A program made the position numbers and the translations under genes. A stretch of DNA of 64,000 nt from Thiomicrorhabdus sp. Its GTDB lineage: Bacteria; Pseudomonadota; Gammaproteobacteria; Thiomicrospirales; Thiomicrospiraceae. Numbering within the stretch: the first letter of the stretch is position 1; every line of letters starts with the position of its first letter. The notes beneath the pieces were generated by a model that worked only from the letters and a program-made list of their open reading frames with translations, ran no database searches and had not been told where the DNA came from. Below, piece after piece: positions 1-9,772 of this stretch. Location: the NCBI GenBank assembly GCA_015487015.1, contig WFQP01000006.1, positions 2,184-66,183 on the forward strand. Direction: 5' to 3'.

Positions 1-823
1 GTTGTGATTTATTTTCAAATTTATAGATACCAAACCCAAGATAAGCCCCAACTTGATCATTAAATCCAATAGCAATTTCAGGCTGGTTAATTTTTAAAAC
101 GCCATCTTGCCAAACCCTTAACAAACCAGAACCATCTGGATTCCACTTTATATGAAAAACAAAATGTATCCATTGATCTTTAGGCGTTTTACCTAAAGAG
201 AGGTGATGACTGTCCCAATTTCTAGACCAAGGAGGAGTAAACTTTCGTTGATCGTATAGCCACGTAACGGTAAGCTGATCTTTTCTATTATCTAGAGAGA
301 GTGGAGGCTTACGTGCACTTTCAAAGGCATCTGGAAAACCATGCCATTGAGTAATAATTTCAGATTTATTGTCTTTTTCCATTCCTTGTTTAGGGAAGTA
401 AACTCGAAATGACCAAATTTCTTCTTCTTTATTTGTTTGTCCAAAAAACCCATAAAGATGTGCTTTTTTTTGAGTATTTGAATCATACTCAGTGCCTTTA
501 GATTTATACCAAATAAACTGCATAACATGATTATTAGGGTCTTCAGGATCCACAACGACCCTACCAGAATCATCCCCTTGCATTTGTGAATAACGCCATT
601 TTTTTGCTTGACTGGATTGATTTTTTAAAGAACCCCTTCCATCAGTTGCCTGCCAACCTTTTTCAAAATCATACTCCCAAACAGGAGGGGCCAGCATAAA
701 GCTATTAATATTAGACACAGACGCTTTAGAAGGTAAATTATTTAATTCCTCTGAGGCTGGTGCTAAATAAAAACCATTCGCTATAGCAGGTAATAATGCC
801 ACTATAAAAACCATTGTTTTCAT
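1..823 (-). CDS. Secreted polysaccharide lyase / heparin lyase I-like family protein (3' end runs off the window; absent from ORF track)
   Basis: Manual translation from ATG at 823 stays open to base 1: MKTMVFIVALLPAIANG... with EIITQWHGFPD, RKPPLSL, WIHFVFHIKW, GWQDG, IGFND and FGIYK motifs typical of this fold. Confidence 0.7.
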   Translation of the reverse strand, partial: MKTMVFIVALLPAIANGFYLAPASEELNNLPSKASVSNINSFMLAPPVWEYDFEKGWQATDGRGSLKNQSSQAKKWRYSQMQGDDSGRVVVDPEDPNNHVMQFIWYKSKGTEYDSNTQKKAHLYGFFGQTNKEEEIWSFRVYFPKQGMEKDNKSEIITQWHGFPDAFESARKPPLSLDNRKDQLTVTWLYDQRKFTPPWSRNWDSHHLSLGKTPKDQWIHFVFHIKWNPDGSGLLRVWQDGVLKINQPEIAIGFNDQVGAYLGFGIYKFENKSQ

Positions 824-837
824 TTAAACAACCCCTT

Positions 838-1527
838 TTAAAACTGACGAATACCATTCTTTTTTTTCTTTTTTATTGATACTTTTACTTCTTTTTGAGG
901 AACGAATGACTTCTCTTTAACTGGGCGTTCATACTCCATCCATTCATCTAATTTATTCCACACCTGCGCTAACCCTTCTCGCTTTAAAGAGGAGAACAGT
1001 TGTGCGCTCGCCATCGGATAAGACTCTTTTAAAAGCGTTTGTAGCTTTAATAGAGCCGCTTTAGCAGGCCCTTTTTTAAGCTTATCTGATTTAGTTAGCA
1101 GAATATGAATTGGCAAACCTAATGACTCTGACCAATCCAACATTTGTAAATCAATATCCGTTGGGGGCATTCGGCAGTCCATCAATAAGATCAATCCTTT
1201 TAACCCTTTGCTTTTTTCAATGTACTCAGACAACCCAGCTTCCCAAGCACGTTTAATTTTAACGTTCACTTTAGCAAAACCATACCCTGGAAGATCTACC
1301 AATGCACGAGTTTCATCAACAGGAAAAAAATTAATCAGCTGAGTACGACCAGGGGTTTTACTGATTCGAGCCAAGCCTTTTTGTGAAGTAATTACATTTA
1401 ATGCACTGGATTTACCCGAATTAGAGCGCCCAGCAAAGGCCACTTCATGGGTTAAGTCATCAGGGCATAAAGCCAAAGTAGGTACACTTTTAAGGTAGGT
1501 GGCTTGTTGGTATAAAGGATGTTGCAT
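838..1527 (-). CDS. engB: Ribosome biogenesis GTP-binding protein YihA/EngB
   Basis: GRSNSGKS, SKTPGRTQ, DLPGYG and TKSDK GTPase motifs; ATG at 1527 preferred over the upstream TTG at 1545. Confidence 0.95.
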   Translation of the reverse strand: MQHPLYQQATYLKSVPTLALCPDDLTHEVAFAGRSNSGKSSALNVITSQKGLARISKTPGRTQLINFFPVDETRALVDLPGYGFAKVNVKIKRAWEAGLSEYIEKSKGLKGLILLMDCRMPPTDIDLQMLDWSESLGLPIHILLTKSDKLKKGPAKAALLKLQTLLKESYPMASAQLFSSLKREGLAQVWNKLDEWMEYERPVKEKSFVPQKEVKVSIKKKKKNGIRQF

Positions 1528-1719
1528 AATTTTAATTTGTTCCAAAGGTCTCTAATCTATACATAGAAAATACGAATTAAAGTATAAAATCTTGATGTAT
1601 TTTCTATGTAAGGATTGGCGAAGATTAATACTTTATCAATAATGTGCATAAGTATATACTCTATGCTGTTTTTTAACGACTCTATCCATTAAATAGATAA
1701 AATAATTGAGGTTACAACC

Positions 1720-2349
1720 ATGTTACGTAGAAAATTACTCTCTTCTTTTGCTGGCTTATTTATTGCCGCTGCATTCAGTACAAACGCTCTGGCAAGTGAC
1801 TCAGGATTATTGGTGGGTGTTGAGTACAAAAAGATTCCTAAAGAACAATCCATTGCACCTTTTAAAAGTAAAGTAGTCGAAGTTTTTCTATACACTTGCC
1901 CCTCTTGTTACAACCTAGAACCCAGTTTAGAAAAATGGCTCTCCACCAAACCAAAGCATGTTGAATTTGAACTGATGCCGGCTATTTTTAATCGCCCTAA
2001 ATTTATATTTTTAGGTAAAACTTTTTATACCTTAAAAGAACTGGGTATCTTAGACAAAGCACATAAAGCCTATTTTAAAGCCATTCATGATGACAATAAA
2101 CAAATGTACACCCCTGAAGAGTTGGCTAAATTTTTCTCTCAATTTGGGGTGACAGAATCTAACTTTATTGCCACCTTTAATAGTTTTAAAGTGGATCAAT
2201 TAGTTCGAAAAGCACGTCAATTAACACAAGAATACGGTGTTGAAGGCGTTCCTTCTATTGTTGTAAACGGTAAATATAGAACGGATGTACCGATGTCAGG
2301 TTCTCCAGAAGAACTTTGGGAAGTGGTCGATAAACTTATTAAAAAATAA
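1720..2349 (+). CDS. dsbA: Thiol:disulfide interchange protein DsbA family
   Basis: Signal peptide, CPSC active site, GVP cis-Pro loop, VNGKY; divergent from engB as in many gammaproteobacteria. Confidence 0.9.
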   Translation: MLRRKLLSSFAGLFIAAAFSTNALASDSGLLVGVEYKKIPKEQSIAPFKSKVVEVFLYTCPSCYNLEPSLEKWLSTKPKHVEFELMPAIFNRPKFIFLGKTFYTLKELGILDKAHKAYFKAIHDDNKQMYTPEELAKFFSQFGVTESNFIATFNSFKVDQLVRKARQLTQEYGVEGVPSIVVNGKYRTDVPMSGSPEELWEVVDKLIKK

Positions 2350-2407
2350 CATAACTTCTCAGATTATCGCTAAATCCTGAGAAACTACGATACACTTTAA
2401 CTCTGTT

Positions 2408-2437
2408 TTTAAAAGGCTCTTCATCGAGCCTTTTAAA
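2408..2437 (+). terminator. Intrinsic terminator after dsbA
   Basis: tttaaaaggctc-ttcatc-gagccttttaaa inverted repeat. Confidence 0.7.
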
Positions 2438-2576
2438 TTTCCCCCCCCCTCCTTTTTTATTCCCCTATCAATTTTTTTTACCCTATATAAGCTTGATAAC
2501 AGCAAAAAAACACCATCAATCTAATTTAATATATTATTATGGAAAACTGATTAAGGATTGAGATCTGTATGTTCGT

Positions 2577-4232
2577 ATGAAAGCGGCAAAATTATTTATA
2601 AAATGTCTGGAAAATGAAAACGTAGAATTTATTTTTGGTATTCCTGGTGAAGAAAACTTGGATGTCATGGATGCTTTACTGGATTCTGATATTCAATTTA
2701 TAACCACTCGGCATGAGCAAGGTGCGGCCTATATGGCCGATGTGTACGGCCGTTTAACAGGTAAACCAGGTGTATGCCTCTCTACCTTAGGACCTGGTGC
2801 CACCAACTTAGTTACAGGTGTCGCCGATGCCAATATGGATAATGCCCCCTTAGTGGCCATTGCAGGGCAAGCAGGCACCTCTCGTTTACATAAAGAATCT
2901 CACCAAGTGGTGGATTTGGTCAGTATGTTTAAACCCATCACCAAGTACGCCGCACAAGTACTGGAACCCGACACCATTCCTGAAATTGTTCGCAAAGCCT
3001 TTAAACTGGCCGAAGCTGAAAAACCAGGTGCTACCTTTATTGATCTGCCTGAAAATGTGGTGGAACTTGATTCATTAGAAACCCCCTTACCGGTGAGTGT
3101 TAACCGGTTAACGTTTGCAGATAAAGGCTTAATTAAAGAAGCTGCTCAGCTGGTTAAAAATGCTAAAAATCCTTTAATTTTAGTCGGTAATGGTGCTGTC
3201 AGAGCACGAGCAAGTGAACACATCAAAAACTTTGTAGACACCCACAAAATACCGCTTGTAAATACCTTTATGGCCAAAGGAATTATCCCTTTTTCACACG
3301 ATATGGCCATGGGAACCGCAGGTTTACAAAAAGGCGACTATGAAAATGGGGGCTTTGCAAAAGCCGATGTTATTATTTGTGTTGGTTTTGATATGGTGGA
3401 ATACCATCCTCATCTTTGGAACCCAAATAAAAAACATACCTTAATTCATATTGATACAAAAAAAGCCGAAGTAGACAGTCGTTACATTCCTAAAATTGAG
3501 CTCATTGGTAATACCGGTGAAAACTTCTCTTTATTAGGCAAAGCTTTAACCAAACTTAATTCTGGGCCCATAACAGAAACTAATATTGATTTTTTACTCC
3601 GAAATGCAATGGTAAACGAGATGGAACGCTGCCGTGATAGCGATGCATGGCCAATGCTGCCCCAAAAAATTATTTGGGACTTAAGAACTGCCATGAAATC
3701 TTCTGACATTGCCATCAGTGATGTGGGTTCCCATAAAATGTGGATGGCGCGTATGTTTCGCTGTGACGAACCCAATACCTGTATTATTTCAAATGGGTTT
3801 GCTGGCATGGGCATTGCTGTACCAGGAGCCGTTGCGGCAAAATTAGCCTACCCAGAAAAAGGGGTTGTCGCGATCAGCGGCGATGCGGGATTTATGATGA
3901 ATTCACAAGAGATAGAGACCGCTATTCGTTGCCAAGCGCCTATTGTGGTATTAATTTGGAATGATAGTCAATACGGCCTTATTGAATGGAAACAACAACG
4001 CCGCTTTGGTCGCTCTGCTTACATTGATTTTAAAAACCCTGATTTTGTGCAGTATGCAAAGTCATTTGGTGCAGAAGGGGTACGAATAGAATCCGCACAA
4101 CAACTCTTACCTGCGCTTGAAAAAGCACTAAATACAAACAACGTAACCATTATAGATTGCCCTGTTGATTACTCTCAAAATGATCGTTTAACAGCACTAT
4201 TAGGTAACATTTTATCTGAAGTTGAAGGTTAA
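2577..4232 (+). CDS. ThDP-dependent enzyme, acetolactate synthase large-subunit-like (possible 2-oxoglutarate decarboxylase)
   Basis: GIPGEENL, RHEQGAA, GPGATN and GDAGF...WND ThDP-binding motif; no small subunit adjacent. Confidence 0.85.
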   Translation: MKAAKLFIKCLENENVEFIFGIPGEENLDVMDALLDSDIQFITTRHEQGAAYMADVYGRLTGKPGVCLSTLGPGATNLVTGVADANMDNAPLVAIAGQAGTSRLHKESHQVVDLVSMFKPITKYAAQVLEPDTIPEIVRKAFKLAEAEKPGATFIDLPENVVELDSLETPLPVSVNRLTFADKGLIKEAAQLVKNAKNPLILVGNGAVRARASEHIKNFVDTHKIPLVNTFMAKGIIPFSHDMAMGTAGLQKGDYENGGFAKADVIICVGFDMVEYHPHLWNPNKKHTLIHIDTKKAEVDSRYIPKIELIGNTGENFSLLGKALTKLNSGPITETNIDFLLRNAMVNEMERCRDSDAWPMLPQKIIWDLRTAMKSSDIAISDVGSHKMWMARMFRCDEPNTCIISNGFAGMGIAVPGAVAAKLAYPEKGVVAISGDAGFMMNSQEIETAIRCQAPIVVLIWNDSQYGLIEWKQQRRFGRSAYIDFKNPDFVQYAKSFGAEGVRIESAQQLLPALEKALNTNNVTIIDCPVDYSQNDRLTALLGNILSEVEG

Positions 4233-4273
4233 TTTTAAAACCTTTCTTTTTTACAATATTTTAGGAGTCTTCA

Positions 4274-5347
4274 ATGAAACGACTTGCTTTAAAAATACTC
4301 GGTGTCAGTTTAATTTCTGCCAGTTTAATAGGCTGTCAAGAAGAGAGTGAAAGTTACCTTAATTTTACTAAAACCATTGAAGAGCCTATTTTAGTTGGAC
4401 TTTCAACAGAAAAATCAAGGGTTAAATACCATCAACCCTTGCCTAATCTTGAAGACCTAAACTTAAACCCTAAAAAAATAGATTTAGGTAATATGCTGTA
4501 TCACGATACCCGTTTATCAGGTGATGGTACACTCTCTTGCGCCAGTTGCCACATCTATTCAGACGGAGGCGACGATAACGCCCCAGTTTCAACCGGTATT
4601 AACGGTCAATTAGGCCCAATTAATTCACCTACCACCCTTAATAGTGGTTTAAACTTTAAGCAATTTTGGGATGGCCGAGCACCCAATTTACGCCGTCAAG
4701 CCGAAGGCCCCGTTGATAACCCTGGTGAAATGGGGGCTAAATGGCCCAATGCCGTTGCAAGAATTCAAGCCGTTGAACAATACCAAGAGCTATTTAAAGA
4801 TATTTACCCAAAGCAAGGCATTACTAAATACACCATTACCGATGCCATTGCAGAATTTGAACGCAGTTTAATTACTCCTGCACCCATTGATGCCTACTTA
4901 AGAGGCGATGATTCGGCCTTAACAGCCAATCAAGTAGCTGGGTATGAATTGTTTCAAAGTTATGGCTGTATCTCTTGTCATCAAGGGGCTAATTTTGGCG
5001 GTAATATGATGCAAAAATTTGGTGCGATTGCCGCCTTCTTCTCAGAAAAAGATCAAAACTTAGTCAATAATGGTCGTTTTAATTTAACCAACAATGAAGA
5101 GGATAAACACGTATTTAAAGTTCCCTCTTTACGTAATATCGAACTTACAGCCCCTTATTTTCATACAGCGGGAGCACAAACACTAGACCAAGCTATTACC
5201 ACAATGGGAATAAACCAATTAGGTCGACAAATCCCCAAAGAAGATCGAGTTAAAATAGCCGATTTTTTAACCTCTCTAACCGGTACCATTAATGTCAAAC
5301 CTGTTTCACCACCACCGATTAATTCCGCTACTAACAGCCAACATTAA
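4274..5347 (+). CDS. Di-heme cytochrome c peroxidase family lipoprotein
   Basis: Lipobox LIGC, CASCH and CISCH heme motifs, QFWDGRA, NPGEM, FKVPSLRNIELTAPYFH. Confidence 0.92.
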   Translation: MKRLALKILGVSLISASLIGCQEESESYLNFTKTIEEPILVGLSTEKSRVKYHQPLPNLEDLNLNPKKIDLGNMLYHDTRLSGDGTLSCASCHIYSDGGDDNAPVSTGINGQLGPINSPTTLNSGLNFKQFWDGRAPNLRRQAEGPVDNPGEMGAKWPNAVARIQAVEQYQELFKDIYPKQGITKYTITDAIAEFERSLITPAPIDAYLRGDDSALTANQVAGYELFQSYGCISCHQGANFGGNMMQKFGAIAAFFSEKDQNLVNNGRFNLTNNEEDKHVFKVPSLRNIELTAPYFHTAGAQTLDQAITTMGINQLGRQIPKEDRVKIADFLTSLTGTINVKPVSPPPINSATNSQH

Positions 5348-5359
5348 GGAGACGCTATA

Positions 5360-7378
5360 ATGAAAAATACCTCTCAAAATACGTTATTAACGTTAATTGC
5401 ACTCATTATGGTGGCTGTGGTAACTGTGATCGCCATTAAACCTTCCATCAATATTGCACACCATGAATCTTATCAAAATACCTTTAATAACCTAGTGAAA
5501 CACCGCTTATTAGCCAGTGAGAATACTTACAAAACTACACAAGGATATATCGGTCATTACGATTACGTTCAACAAAATGTATTAAAGTTATTACGCGATT
5601 CAGATGCCCTTTTTTACATGCCTGATTTTTTAGATGAAAACGCTAAAACCAAGTTACTAGAAGGTGTAAAAAAGATTGCGCAAGAAGCTAAAAAAATTGA
5701 TGAATTAAGCATTCACTTTATGCGTAAAAACTCTGTTTTAAATAACTCTAATAACTACTTAACCGTTTTAGTTAAGGAGTATCAAGACAGTGCTCCCACT
5801 TTTCAAATGAAGCAACTGCTTGCCTTATTAGAAATACAATTAATGCATTTTAGAAATGGAAATAAAGACTTTACTGCAAAAAATATTTTAGATACTTATA
5901 ACCAAATTTATCAGATCAATACACACATTAACCAAGGCGATTTAATTAATTTAAAAACACATATTGATATCGCTTTAAAATACAAACCTGTAGTAAAAGC
6001 TTTACAAGCTGAAATCAGTGATGGACATATTGATCAAGTTGTTGCCAACACTTTAAAAGATTATTTAAGCTTTCATCATGAAAATAAAATATTTTCTGAT
6101 CTATTAACCAATATTTTAATTGGTTTAGTACTTACCCTACTTATTTTAATTGCTATTACGATGGTGTTAATTCGTAAAAGTTCTAAAGAATCTGAAATAG
6201 CGAATGAAAATTTAGCCGTTAAACTCAGTGAATTAGACAAACAAAAACAGTTGGCTGATCAACAAGTTGAAGAAGTTAATAAAGCACAAGTTAAGATATC
6301 CAAACATCAAAAAGAGTCCGAAGAAAATAATAAAAAACTCACTTTAGCTATTGAAACAACCAATCAATTAATGGAACAAATTTCACAAGGAAATTTTTCA
6401 GATCGTTTAGATGAAGAGTTATTCCAAGGAAACTTAGCCCCATTAAGAATCAGTATTCATAAAGCACTCGATAATGTGCAAGCCAGTATGAAAGAGATCT
6501 CAAACGTCTCTTCAAAATTAGCACAAGGGGATTTAAGCAGCAAAATAACCGGACAATATGGTGGGGAGCTGGATCAAGTAAAACAAGCCATCAATGGTTC
6601 TATTGAAAACTTATCTCGTTTAATTTCAAAAATTTCTACCGTATCCATTAATATTCAACACGATATTGAACAAGTTCGTTCAGATGCTCAAAAAGTGGCT
6701 GAAAGTTCTAACCAACAATCTCAGACCTTATTAGCCACTATTAATATAGTCGATGACACCACCAAACAAATTCAATCTAATACTCAAAATACCCAAAAAG
6801 CCACGCTCATTACCACTGAGCAAGCGGATGTATTAAATGAAGGTATGTTAGTCATGTCACAAATGATTGAAGCGATGGATGAAATTAAAGGCTCTTCAGA
6901 GAAGATTGCTGACATCATTAGCCTGATTGATAGCATTGCTTTCCAAACTAACCTACTGGCCTTAAATGCGGCTGTAGAAGCGGCTAGAGCAGGGGAGCAA
7001 GGTCGAGGTTTTGCCGTTGTTGCAGGAGAAGTACGAAATCTAGCAGGTAAATCAGCCGATGCGGCAAAAGACATTTCGAATTTAATTAAAGATTCCAATG
7101 AAAAAGTACAAACAGGATCAGAATTAGTCAATAAAGTGAACAGTTCACTAGAAAGTATTAAACAAAAAGTAGAAATACTGCAAGACTCTGTTCATTCGAT
7201 TAATCAATCTAGTATTGAACAAGCCAGTGGCGCTGAAAATATTACCCACTCTGTCTCTCAAGCCGATAGTATTAGCCAACAAAACTCACAAATGATTCAA
7301 AACACCGCAAATCAAATTAATGAAATTGTCGCTAAAACCCAAGAACTTGATCAGGTCGTTAAATCATTTAAACTCTAA
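5360..7378 (+). CDS. Methyl-accepting chemotaxis protein with DAHL-like periplasmic domain
   Basis: Two TM segments, HAMP region, [37 protein letters not shown] signalling core; periplasmic G..GHYD and [12 protein letters not shown] patterns resemble DAHL. Confidence 0.9.
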   Translation: MKNTSQNTLLTLIALIMVAVVTVIAIKPSINIAHHESYQNTFNNLVKHRLLASENTYKTTQGYIGHYDYVQQNVLKLLRDSDALFYMPDFLDENAKTKLLEGVKKIAQEAKKIDELSIHFMRKNSVLNNSNNYLTVLVKEYQDSAPTFQMKQLLALLEIQLMHFRNGNKDFTAKNILDTYNQIYQINTHINQGDLINLKTHIDIALKYKPVVKALQAEISDGHIDQVVANTLKDYLSFHHENKIFSDLLTNILIGLVLTLLILIAITMVLIRKSSKESEIANENLAVKLSELDKQKQLADQQVEEVNKAQVKISKHQKESEENNKKLTLAIETTNQLMEQISQGNFSDRLDEELFQGNLAPLRISIHKALDNVQASMKEISNVSSKLAQGDLSSKITGQYGGELDQVKQAINGSIENLSRLISKISTVSINIQHDIEQVRSDAQKVAESSNQQSQTLLATINIVDDTTKQIQSNTQNTQKATLITTEQADVLNEGMLVMSQMIEAMDEIKGSSEKIADIISLIDSIAFQTNLLALNAAVEAARAGEQGRGFAVVAGEVRNLAGKSADAAKDISNLIKDSNEKVQTGSELVNKVNSSLESIKQKVEILQDSVHSINQSSIEQASGAENITHSVSQADSISQQNSQMIQNTANQINEIVAKTQELDQVVKSFKL

Positions 7379-7433
7379 ATAACTTGGCCATTACAACGGG
7401 ATTAAACTATTTTTAATCCCATAAGGAATCAAT

Positions 7434-7772
7434 ATGATTTACGTTGAGCGTAATCCAAAAGGACATATAACCAATGTCGAATTAACCTCTGGAATAAATC
7501 GTGAAGAGATATCTGTGGGTGATTCTGAATTAATTGAATTTATAAAACAATCACCTAGTTGTGAAGAGTTAACTAATCTTATTTTGCATCGTCTTGATTT
7601 AGATATGGTGCGAGTGATTGAAGATTTATTGGATATCATGATCGAGCGTGATTTAATTCGATTTACCGATTTACCGCTTCCTGTACAAGAAAAATTGATG
7701 TTTAAACGAAAAATTCGTACACTTTCAAATGAAAAAACACTGCTTCAAGAAGAAGAAATTCTTAATTTATAA
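7434..7772 (+). CDS. Conserved small hypothetical protein (RVIEDL..I...LIRFTDLP family)
   Basis: AAGGA RBS, 112 aa, motif shared with a widespread uncharacterised proteobacterial family. Confidence 0.7.
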   Translation: MIYVERNPKGHITNVELTSGINREEISVGDSELIEFIKQSPSCEELTNLILHRLDLDMVRVIEDLLDIMIERDLIRFTDLPLPVQEKLMFKRKIRTLSNEKTLLQEEEILNL

Positions 7773-7792
7773 CTTTCTTTAAAATCAAAATA

Positions 7793-8413
7793 TTAATTCA
7801 AAAAAGTAGTTACTTCATTAATAGGCTTTCGTTTAAGCTCTTTATTAGGTAAACAATCTTCATCAATATGCCCTAAATACAACGCGCCAATTAGTTCAAT
7901 ATTCTCTTTTTCAATATTAAGAGCATCATAAGTTCGTTGATCTGAAATAATAGGACCAGTACTCCACTGTACACCTATATTTAACGACCAAGCCATTAAC
8001 TGAAAGTTTTGAATAGCACAGCTACACGCTGCATAATCTTCTTTATAAGCCACTTTATTCATTGATAAATGCTGCCCAACTAATATAACGGAAGGAATGG
8101 CCATAAATTTATCAAATGCTTTTTGATAAAAACGGTCATAATCCATCTCTAATTTACCCAATAACTCTTTTGTTAAGGTTTGTGTATTTTTTAAGGCTCT
8201 ATTATCAGCATAAATATGTGCTAATTGACGCTGTGTGTCCTCACCAGCCAACCAAAACCTCCAGGGCTGGGTTAGCTTATGATTTGGTGCATAAATAGCA
8301 GCATTCAAACACATTTGAATGGATTTTAAATGAACTGGAAATTCTGTTTTTTCTAAAAACTGATAACAGGTTCTTCTTGATTGAATAAAGGGTAATAAAT
8401 GGTTAGGATTCAT
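7793..8413 (-). CDS. Nitroreductase family protein (YdjA-like)
   Basis: SRRT, APNHKLTQPWRF and AIQNFQLMAWSLNIGVQWSTG motifs. Confidence 0.88.
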   Translation of the reverse strand: MNPNHLLPFIQSRRTCYQFLEKTEFPVHLKSIQMCLNAAIYAPNHKLTQPWRFWLAGEDTQRQLAHIYADNRALKNTQTLTKELLGKLEMDYDRFYQKAFDKFMAIPSVILVGQHLSMNKVAYKEDYAACSCAIQNFQLMAWSLNIGVQWSTGPIISDQRTYDALNIEKENIELIGALYLGHIDEDCLPNKELKRKPINEVTTFLN

Positions 8414-8549
8414 TTAGTCAAACTCATAAATAATGCATAAAAAAACATTATCGCTTTTAAAAGAAATTAAATAAATCTAAACTTTTTAAAAAGCCTTTAA
8501 GGCATTCAAAAAGAAGAGTCCTACTCATTAATATTTGAATTTAAGAGCA

Positions 8550-8800
8550 TGGGATAACTTGTGCTATTTTGTGGATAAATAGCTCTTTTAAATTTATTTA
8601 ACATTTTATCCACAAATAACGCACTTTTATCAACATGTTTTATCTAAAGACCTGTGCACACCTTTACCACAAGCTAACACATTGAAAAATATTAATATTT
8701 TGTACTTATATACAGATATTCAATCACTAACAGTAATAATAAAGAAGTTTATATATAAAATATATATACTTAACTTAATATAACTTTTTATCCAAATCCT
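8550..8800. other. Putative chromosomal replication origin oriC
   Basis: Perfect DnaA boxes at 8570-8578 (TGTGGATAA) and 8606-8614 (TTATCCACA); near-consensus boxes at 8627, 8652, 8663, 8706, 8788; IHF-like TAACACATTGAAA at 8675-8687; TAA-CAG-TAA-TAA-TAA trio-like run then TA-rich segment; GC skew appears to invert nearby. Confidence 0.75.
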
Positions 8801-8826
8801 CTTTAAAAAACTCAAAAACGACCTCT

Positions 8827-9765
8827 ATGACACTAAATGAACTTAGATACATTATTGCCTTAAACCAAGAAAAACATTTTAGAAAAGCAGCTGAAAAATG
8901 TTTTGTAAGCCAACCTACTTTAAGTATTGCAATTAAAAAACTAGAAGAAGAATTAGGAGTCCATTTATTTGAACGACATAAACACGACATTCTAATAACC
9001 CCTATTGGTCAACAAATAATTAAACTTTCAGAAGAGATTTTAAAATTAAGTCAAAACATTAAAGAACTTGCAAAAGAGTATCAAGGTGATCTTTCAACAG
9101 AATTAAAAATAGGGGCTATTTACACCATTGCACCTTACCTATTTCCAAGATTAATTCCTAATTTTCATGCATTAGCTCCCAATGTATCTTTAATAATTGA
9201 AGAAAATTACACTCATGTTTTAGCTGAAAAATTAAAAACAGGTGAATTAGATATCGCTATTTTATCTCTGCCTTTTGATGAACCTAATATTGAAACCTTT
9301 GATTTATATAAAGAACCTTTTAAATTAATTCTTCCAAAAGAAAAAGAAATTACAAAAGAGACCTATTTAGGTTCTATTGATCAAATTCAAAATGAAACTG
9401 TTTTATTACTCGGAGCAGGGCACTGTTTTAGAGATCAAGTCATTGCATCTTTTCCACACTTACTCAATTCCAATCAACAAAATAATCAATTACAAAAAAC
9501 ATTTGAAGGCAGTTCCTTAGAAACCATTCGGTATATGGTCGCATCAGGTGTAGGAGTATCTATTTTTCCTTGTAGCACGCTCTCAGAACGTGATGAGAGC
9601 CTTTTAAACATAAAAGAGTTACCTAACCCTAAACCAAATAGAACCGTTGCGTTAGCATGGCGTAAGAGCTTTCCTAGAGTAAAAATATTAGAATTATTTA
9701 AACAAGCAGCTTTAGGTGTAAATATTCCTTGTACAATACCCTGTTCAAATACATCAAATAAATAA
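8827..9765 (+). CDS. oxyR: LysR-family regulator OxyR (resolving Cys absent)
   Basis: HFRKAAEKCFVSQPTLS HTH, GHCFRDQ peroxidatic Cys motif, GSSLETIRYMVASG. Confidence 0.88.
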   Translation: MTLNELRYIIALNQEKHFRKAAEKCFVSQPTLSIAIKKLEEELGVHLFERHKHDILITPIGQQIIKLSEEILKLSQNIKELAKEYQGDLSTELKIGAIYTIAPYLFPRLIPNFHALAPNVSLIIEENYTHVLAEKLKTGELDIAILSLPFDEPNIETFDLYKEPFKLILPKEKEITKETYLGSIDQIQNETVLLLGAGHCFRDQVIASFPHLLNSNQQNNQLQKTFEGSSLETIRYMVASGVGVSIFPCSTLSERDESLLNIKELPNPKPNRTVALAWRKSFPRVKILELFKQAALGVNIPCTIPCSNTSNK

Positions 9766-9772
9766 TAACTAT

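Noticed and set aside
292-573. 93 aa ORF from the track
   Set aside because: Out-of-frame shadow of the longer lyase-like ORF running from 823 off the window
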